Positions 34,032 through 41,600 of a stretch of 41,600 bases of DNA are shown piece by piece. The stretch is from Tricharina praecox (Eukaryota), in NCBI RefSeq assembly GCF_024521635.1, contig NW_026250403.1, positions 3,162,001-3,203,600 of the forward strand, written 5' to 3'. How positions within the stretch are numbered: position 1 is the first letter of the stretch; each line of letters begins with the position of its first letter. The notes beneath the pieces are model-generated. The model was not told the DNA's origin. It saw nothing but the letters and a program-made list of their open reading frames with translations, and made no database searches. The position numbers and the translations under genes are program-made.

Positions 34032-37000
34032 GACGGACGGTATCTTGACGATCGTTTCGACGAGAGGTCGTAGACGTCTGTGCTATTGAGCCTTTTCTTC
34101 GTGACTGTGACTGTGTCGTGATTCGTCGCGGCTCTTTGAAGCCAAAGCTCGTCAAGTTGACCACCGTGAACCGGAGAACAAGGTTACGGTGCAATATGAA
34201 AACCTCGGGTACGCCCTAGTTTCCCGGATATAGAGTGGGAAGGCAGCAATTGCGACAGTCGCGAGCGTGCAGAGTATACGATGCGAGCAAGATATAGTTA
34301 TATTGAAACCACGAGGTTCGTTCTGCTGCACGGCGGTGTAGTACCGGATGCTGTGCGGCGTGCGTACGTACGTGCTGTAGCACTGTAGGTATGGGTTGTT
34401 GTGTAGCGGGACGACGTCGGGATAGGGTACCGGTATAGCGAACCGGAGTTGTGGTTGGGTCGTCTGAACGTCCGTTCGGTGTGGGGAAGATGAAGTCGAT
34501 CGCTGGGGCTGGGGTTGGGGGGGGCTATCGGTGGTGTTGTGGGTGAGGGTGTCGGGAAGAGTGTGGTTGGGGGAAGTGCCGGACGTCGGTCGGTCGTCTG
34601 GAGTCTGGACTAACTAACTGGACTCTCGGCGAGAGCATGTAACTATTAGTACTAGCAGTAGGTGCTTCGCAGCAGGTGTTCCGGTCGTTGGTTCGCTCGC
34701 TCGTTCGCTCGTTCGCTGCTGGTTCCCGATTCCTGTCGTTCCCTTTCCCTCTCTTCTCCAAGTGCGAATGAAGGTTGCTTGGCTGATTGCACCACACCGA
34801 CGGGCATTCCGAAGTAAAATGCCAGAGCAAGCCCGCGCGGTGTCCCCTAGTCCTGTTAAGTAGTGGGGCGCCCCCTCACAAACCTATCCCCAAGTCCGAG
34901 TAGTAATGCGGTACAGACTTACTCCCTCGCCCCCCCGCCCCGCGCCGCCCCCATCCTTCCCTCGTGCGCGCTAACAATGTAGTGCACTCTAGCAACTCAC
35001 CGCCAAGTTCCGGGGATGGGAGGGATGTGTGGATGCGTGGATGTGTGCTGGATGTGTGGTGCACACTGCGCGCCTGCACCCGTCGTTAGGTCAGGTTGGG
35101 GATGGGTAATTCGGTCGGTTGATGGCTGTGGGGGAACATGTAAGAACATCCGTATGCGTGAGTGCGTATGCGGATGGTGTCTGTGGTGCCATGATCCATC
35201 CCTCGCCGTCCCACGCACTCTGGTCGCTCGTAGCTACCGAAATACTTAGATACCCCGGATTGCTCCCTTATATCTATCCGTATATCTACTCCAGAGTCGT
35301 CTCGACTCTCGCACTTCAACTCGCCGTGGATGTGCGGCCACTGTCTCGCCAGCTTGAGTCTTCCCACGAGAATCAGGAAGCGGTACGAAACGGCAAGTAC
35401 ACAAGAGCCCCCAGAGCTCGCTACCGAATATCCGATGAGCGTTTTCGTGGCCGGGATTGCATCTCTCCCCTATCGAACCAGCAGGGTTCACCGCTTCAAC
35501 GCAATATCTGGTGAGAAGAAGCTTCGATGCGGGTTTGGTTTGCATCCATGTCCAGGGGGTAGGCATAACTAGCAGCAGCCGCTGTGGAGGAAGCATGATG
35601 TCTTGACTCTACATACATATGTTTGTGCGAACCCTCCCGAGTCAAGTCATGTGCATACATACTGTCGATGATAATTCAGCGCTATGGAAGTACCGGTATG
35701 TTCGTCTGATGTGATGTGATGTGGTGACTATCCCCTAGACCGCATGTGTAGGCACATATCTAGTGGTAGGAGACTGCACGCGCGTTCGAACTTCGGAAGC
35801 TTCGATTCCAATCCACGATAGGTTCATGTGGTTACCCCAAGAATTCTTACCACCTACGGTCACTTACATGGTACTCTAGAGTAGGCTGAGGGATTATTGA
35901 TAATCCGTTCGTTGATCCATCCCCGGCACCACATCCCGCGGGTGATTACCTACCTGGTACATATCTCCTCTTGCTCGATAAAGACTCCATTAGCTTGTGA
36001 TTTCGAGGCGAGGAGGCGGGGGGAAGGGAAGAAGGGACACCGTATGTACGCTTTATCAGTCGGCCAGATATCCGACCCATAGCAGATACTAAGTACCCCT
36101 GTTGGATCGGCAGTGCTGTCCTCCGAGATATGTACGGCACTTGAGTGACCGGCAGTGATGCCGAATGGCTGGAGTTACCGTGCAGACATACTCTACCTCC
36201 TCAGCGGTGCCATTGAAGCTAACTAATCATTTGGGGGGTGAGTCGCAGTGTGCCACTACCTTCCAAATACCCACTGTATCTAGGCAGATGGGTCACCGCC
36301 AACGGCGATTCATGGAACACGCTTCATCTGCCTCCACCAGTTCGAACCTCGTGGTTCGCCCACTAAGCGAGAAACACCGATGCTTCCTTGGTTCTGATTA
36401 CAATCGAATAAACCGGTATGGACTCAATGTGGAGTAGTAGTAGAGACTGAGTAACCCCACTAACCCTTCCCCAAACTCTCCCCACATCCGTCTAGAAGCC
36501 CGGTAGATGGTTAGGCTGTAACCGCTGGCGTTCCTCCTCACCCGTCTAGAAGCGCGGCATATGTACCTGCTCTCATTCCTTCCACCACCTCCCCCCCGAA
36601 TACGAGTGGACGCTGGAACATGGCGTTGAGACATTCCCCACCATTCGAGAAGCAGGATCGTCAGAGTCCCTGTTGGCAGCAGCGGTGGTGGAGGGAGGAT
36701 CCAGCCTCGTTTATGCAGCGAATAGGGTGCTTACATACATCTCAACTTCATATGTAACTCGTGAGATATGCATGCCCCCATCGTACATATCGGTACCCCA
36801 TCATGTTGCACAGGCCCTAGGTAATTTCCCGGGACCGAGTTCGGGGTTCATCCTGCTCCACCGTCGGCAGGGAGGTGCGCCGTCGTGATCATATTCTGTT
36901 GGTAACGGCTTACATGTAAGACGTTGGCTTCCGAGACATGCCGTATCGGGTACGGTGGGGTTGCATTGGGCGGCAAGTCATCAATCATAACTTTTCGGTG

Positions 37001-37157
37001 TCATTATACATACATCATACATCTATGTAGATACCTACCTCTAAACTTCACCTCATCCCCCCCTCCCCCTTGGCCCGTCCTCTCCATAAACCCCCCGCTT
37101 CAACGCCGATCTCGCGGTTACATACATACGTAACCGACTCTAGGTATCTATATCTAT

Positions 37158-39059
37158 CTACTTCTCGATGTGCCGCCTACCCGCTTCAAATCCCTCATCC
37201 GCAATCTTCTCCACCGCCTCCTTCGCATCAACGTCCTCCAGCTTCGCCTTATAATCATCTCCGGGCCCATCCCTCCCCGCCTCTTCGCCGGTCCCTCTTT
37301 GCTTCGGCACGCCAAACAGCAAATCCATATTCTCTAGGGTGATTCCCTTCGTCTCTGGCACGTAGAACCAGACCCACACGATCATTGCGATCAAACACCC
37401 ACCGAAGAAAAAATACGTGCCGCCCTTGATGTCGGTGAGCATGTACGGGGTCGCCCTGGCAATGGCGAACTGTCCGAGCCACTGGGTGCACGTAGTGATG
37501 CTGACACACAGACTCCGCAGACGGTTTGGGAAGATCTCGGCGCAGTAGATCCACGGGATCGAGTTCCAGGCGATGCAGAAAAACACCGCGTAGACGTACA
37601 GGCTGACGATGGCGAGCCACGCGGCCGGCGTCTTTTCGCCCGGCGATTGTGGGTCCACCTTTGACGCCGTGATGAAGCTGCCGATGTACAGCATCATCAC
37701 GGCAGCCCCCGACGCGCCGATAAGGAGGAGCTTGCGCCGTCCGAGGCGGTCCACGAGGAATAGCAGCGAGAGAATCGTCGCAGCCGTCTTGATCAGCGCC
37801 CACATGCCGGACGCGAAGAGGCTCACTGATACCCCCGTGAAGCCGATGGAGCGGAAGATGGATGGCTATATGCGGATTTCTTCGGGTCAGCAATCTTGCA
37901 AAACGAGTATTCATTGGGGTGGGGGGGATGGTGGTGCCTATTTACAGAGTAATAGTTAAGCGCATTGATACCGCTAGAATCTCGCAGTCAGTAAGGAAGC
38001 AAAAACCGGAATGCGGCGAACCGGAGGACATACGTCAAGTTCTGGCAGATCATCAACATCATTCCCAACCCCAGCCGGTTGCGATTTCCCTTCCAGCAGA
38101 GCTCGCGCATCATCTTGAGCTTCGACGGTGCCTGCACCAAGTCGCGGTCAACCTGCTCCTGCATCGCCCGCAGCTCGTTGATGATGTACTCGTGATCGGC
38201 GGGGAGCTGTCTCAGCCACGTCAAAGTCTTGAGTGCCTTCTCCGGCCTGAATTTCTTGATATGGAACCTGGGGCTCTCGGGGAGGACGAAGACGCTCGCG
38301 AGGAAGAGCAGGCCGCCTGGGATCAGCTGAATACCCAGCGCGAGCATCCACTGACTCTGGGACTCGGGCATAGAGCTGAGCACGGCGAAGTTCGCCCAGA
38401 ACCCCACGAGTGATGCAAACTGCCCCCCGATCTCCCACATACCGACGAGGAAGCCGCGGATGTCCGGCGGCGAGATCTCGCTAATGTACATGGGTACCAG
38501 AAGCGATACCGAACCGACGCCGAGTCCGCCAATGAAACGTCCCGCGTACATCATCGGCAAAGAGCCGTAGGAAAATGTCTGGGTACCACACGCAACCGTC
38601 AGCCGACTGCTTCCCGCCTCCGTTTGTAATGCGGCTGCGTTCGCTCAGCTGCGCGAGGGCGGCGAGGAGAAGTGACAGCCGCATAAACAAAGCAGAATAA
38701 AATCTTCCGGGGGTTCACTCATATCGCACCATTATCAAAGACCCCAGGAAAAACATCAGCGAAGCAATAGTGAGCGAGAACCTCCGGCCAATCTTCTCCG
38801 TGATTGGGAAAGTTCCCATGGAGCCGAAGAACGCGCCGCCCTGCATGGCGGAGACAATGTTTGCCGCGACATAACTGTACTCGGCGGTATTCAGAGGCGC
38901 CAGGTTGAAGTCCCGGTGGAACGATGGGAGCGCGATGCAGCCCCCGATCACCCCAATGTTATAGCCAAACACTAGCGAGCCCGCACAGGCACAGACCCCC
39001 GTGAAGTATACTAAAATAACCGTGCCGGAGATGGGGCCGTCTGTTAATCCGGATGACAT
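37158..39059 (-). CDS. qutD: MFS sugar-porter-family transporter, quinate permease-like, about 536 aa; exons 39059-38730, 38578-38034, 37973-37946, 37865-37158
   Basis: FGYNIGVIGG..LPSF, GRR loops, YISEISPPDIRG, PESPR, QNLTGINALNYYSPSIFRSIG, WNSIPWIYCAEIF, PETKG; divergent from a dehydroshikimate dehydratase; the substrate is inferred. Confidence 0.82.
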
Positions 39060-40081
39060 GCCATGACATCGTCCAAGACGGTACGGGCGTTGACAGCGCG
39101 GGGCAGGACAGGGCGGAACGAAGACTTACTCCGCCAGTTGTAGACCTCTTTGGGCGTAGTCATGTTTGCCATAATTCCTCCGGCGGCCGTGCTAGGTACG
39201 ACGGTATCGAATGGTGCCGCTTAATCAATGTACGTACGGTAGTGGTAGATAGTGGGTGTGTCGCGCCGCGTTTCGAGCGGAGAAATATTATACCTCCGGA
39301 CGTGAGGAGAAGACTCAATCAAGATGGGAGGGGGATTTTTTTTTTTTGCGTAGTAGTGGTTTTCTTGACGGAAGAGATTTGTGGACCTGCGCCCATGGGC
39401 CCATTCACATACACCTCGACTTCGGGATAGTATTTTCCCGGATTTACACTGAAAAGCTATTGGAGAGGGTAGATACACTGGGTGGCCCTGCCTTTACTGA
39501 AGTAGCTGCAGCATAGCTGCATTTTATGGAATAGAGACGAATGGAGACGAAGGGAGACGAATGGAGACACGCAGTAAGATTATAAATTAAGCATTTGGGC
39601 CGGCCATCGCCAGTACACTCTTTACATAGCCCTAAACCCTCACCATGTGGTCGGTATGACACATGTGAGTTGGGGGGGAAACACCGGGAGATCCCCATGT
39701 AACCACATGACCGGCACGTTTATTCGCCAGCCCGAGTATCGACTCAGCATTGCGGTTCGTCAGCCGTGATTCGTGGAATCAAAGCGTCGCAGTTTGCCGA
39801 CCCCACACTTTGCTGTACCCCATGTCGGGCGAGCCTATCGTTTATCCGGTTCGTGCGAGCCAGATCCTGCGGCGGCGGGCGGGCTCACACACACACGCGG
39901 TGGGTACCGTAGGTAGCATAGGTAGGGTCGCGCTCACCCACCCAACCCAACCCCAGAAAAGTCGGTGATTTATTGGAACCCAGCCAGCCCAGCACGCAGC
40001 CACCTCTAACTATCGGATCGGTGTTTGGGACCATTCGTATATATTGATCCTTTCCTTCGGTCCCGCATTTCGCGAAACGTT

Positions 40082-40099
40082 GGATAAACGCGGTTATCC
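40082..40099. promoter_or_regulatory. Palindromic GGATAA-N6-TTATCC element resembling a quinate-activator (QA-1F) site
   Basis: GGATAAACGCGGTTATCC in the permease/dehydratase divergent promoter; related half-sites on the minus strand at 39839-39848 and 39717-39726. Confidence 0.5.
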
Positions 40100-40305
40100 G
40101 AGCGCGCCAGTTTTTTTCCCGTCATCGGCTCCCCACCCCCCCTACCCGAGGCAGCTGAATACCTGTCACCGGACGGCGCACTCGAAAGCCGCGAAACTGA
40201 AGTCAGCTTTCGTACAGCTCCCTCCTGCTCCTCCTTCCTCCTCCTCCTACGTATCGTAACATCGCCGACACGTAACCTCAAGACCCCCCACTACACACGG
40301 TCGCA

Positions 40306-41600
40306 ATGAATCTCGTCTCGAAGACTACCGGAGCGCAGCGCAAGCCCGTACTGCCGCACCGGACATCGATAGCGACGGTATGCGTTTCGGGGCACCTCCT
40401 CGACAAGCTGACGGCGATCGCCGAGGCGGGCTTCGACGGTGTCGAGATCTTTGAGAACGACCTGTTGCACTACCCAGGCTCGCGTCAGGATATCTACAAT
40501 GTGTGTCAGGAGCTCGGGTTGAAGATTGAGATGTACCAGCCCTTCAGGGACCTGGAGGGTGCGGCTACGCCGGAGGAGTTGAAGCGCAGTCTGGATAGAC
40601 TCGAGAGAAAGTTTCAGTGGATGGATGAGCTCCATACAGACCTGATATTGCTGTGCTCGAATTGCTCTCCAAGCTCGGTAAGTGGAGTTCATGGTTCCCC
40701 GCCTTTCGAGAATTAATGCATGGATGAATGCTTATGCCGTGGACTCTACAGGTGGGCGACAGAGACAGGCTGGTATCGGATCTGAGGGCAGCGGCCGAAC
40801 TTGCGGCAAAATACAACAAGCGGATAGCGTACGAGGCTCTGGCATGGGGACTTCACGTTTACACATGGGAGTACTCGTGGGAGCTCGTGAAGGAAGTAGA
40901 CCACCCCAACCTTGGTATCTGCTTCGACACATTCCACATATTCTCGCGACAAGGTGATATCAACGCCATTGCCGATGTCCCCGCAGAGAAGATTTTCTTC
41001 GTGCAGTTGGCGGATGCTCCGATTCTCAAAATGGATCATCTGAGCTATTCCCGGCATCACCGGAACTATCCCCTTCAAGGAGCCTTCCCCATCATTCCAT
41101 TCATGGAAAAGCTGATACAGACCGGCTACATCGGGCCGCTGTCGCTCGAGATCTTCAACGACGAGTTCCGCGCTGCTCCAGCAAAGAGAATCGCCCAAGA
41201 TGGTCTGAGGAGCTTGCTGTACTTGCAATCAGAGTTGTATCACGGATCCATCCTGCCTCCATTACCGGAGGTGGAGCGGATAGAGTACGTGGAGTTTGCA
41301 GTCGACGAGGCGCGGATTGGGCAGCTCGAAGCCTTCTTCCTAGATATGGGATTGAACAAAGTTGGAAAGCATCGGTCAAAGAATGTGACATTATATCGCC
41401 AAGGTGGGTTTGCTTTTTTTCTCCCGATTTTCACTGGATCTTCTGACGCTCATGTGCTTTTAGGTGGCGTCTCGTTTATTGTGAATGCCGAGCCGGAATC
41501 GTTTGCTTCTGCATTCTTGCTTTTACACGACACATCCGTCTGTGCGATCGCCGTACGGGTAAAGGATATTCCGGCAGCGGTCGACCGGGCCGCGTGCCTT
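40306..41600 (+). CDS. quiC1: 3-dehydroshikimate dehydratase of bacterial QuiC1/QsuB type (AP-endonuclease-2 TIM barrel fused to an HPPD-like domain), cut off by the window end; exons 40306-40677, 40752-41403, 41464->41600
   Basis: SIATVCVSG..GFDGVEIFENDL..YQPFRDLEG; IAYEALAWG; DTFH; KIFFVQLADAP; SRHHRNYPLQG; GPLSLEIFNDEFRAA; then EYVEFAVD..GKHRSKNVTLYRQG..VNAEPESFA..SVCAIAVRV; introns 40678-40751 and 41404-41463. Confidence 0.88.

Noticed and set aside
40306-41600. Bacterial contamination as the explanation for the QuiC1-like gene
   Set aside because: The gene has spliceosomal introns (the first is required for the frame) and is contiguous with fungal genes and a fungal-style promoter
1-41600. 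tRNA, rRNA, snoRNA, TPP riboswitch, intact transposons
   Set aside because: No convincing cloverleaf, box C/D pair, TPP core or TE hallmark was seen by eye; tRNAscan-SE and Infernal/Rfam would be needed to exclude them

Overview
Genomic DNA from a filamentous ascomycete fungus. The evidence is short GT-AG introns with CTRAC-type branch sites and fungal gene families; the species cannot be determined from this window. I reconstructed 14 protein-coding genes by hand, and all complete spliced models close in frame. The first 8.5 kb is gene-poor and low-complexity, with one orphan ORF. It is followed by a peroxisomal thiolase (PTS2), a mitochondrial calcium uniporter, a small CHZ-like hydrophilic protein, a repeat-containing orphan and a secreted beta-lactamase-fold protein. 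The right half (about 21-41.6 kb) looks like a non-canonical quinate/hydroaromatic catabolism locus: a phenol 2-monooxygenase-family enzyme, a salicylate-hydroxylase-like FAD monooxygenase, a QutG-type inositol monophosphatase, a Zn2Cys6 regulator that does not look like QutA, a QutD-like quinate permease and a divergently transcribed 3-dehydroshikimate dehydratase. The main finding is that this dehydratase has the bacterial QuiC1/QsuB-type fused architecture (TIM barrel plus HPPD-like domain) yet carries spliceosomal introns, which suggests a domesticated horizontal transfer. A second finding is a terminal intron in the FAD monooxygenase whose removal exposes a peroxisomal -SRL signal. Family assignments come from recognised motifs and recall, not from database searches.
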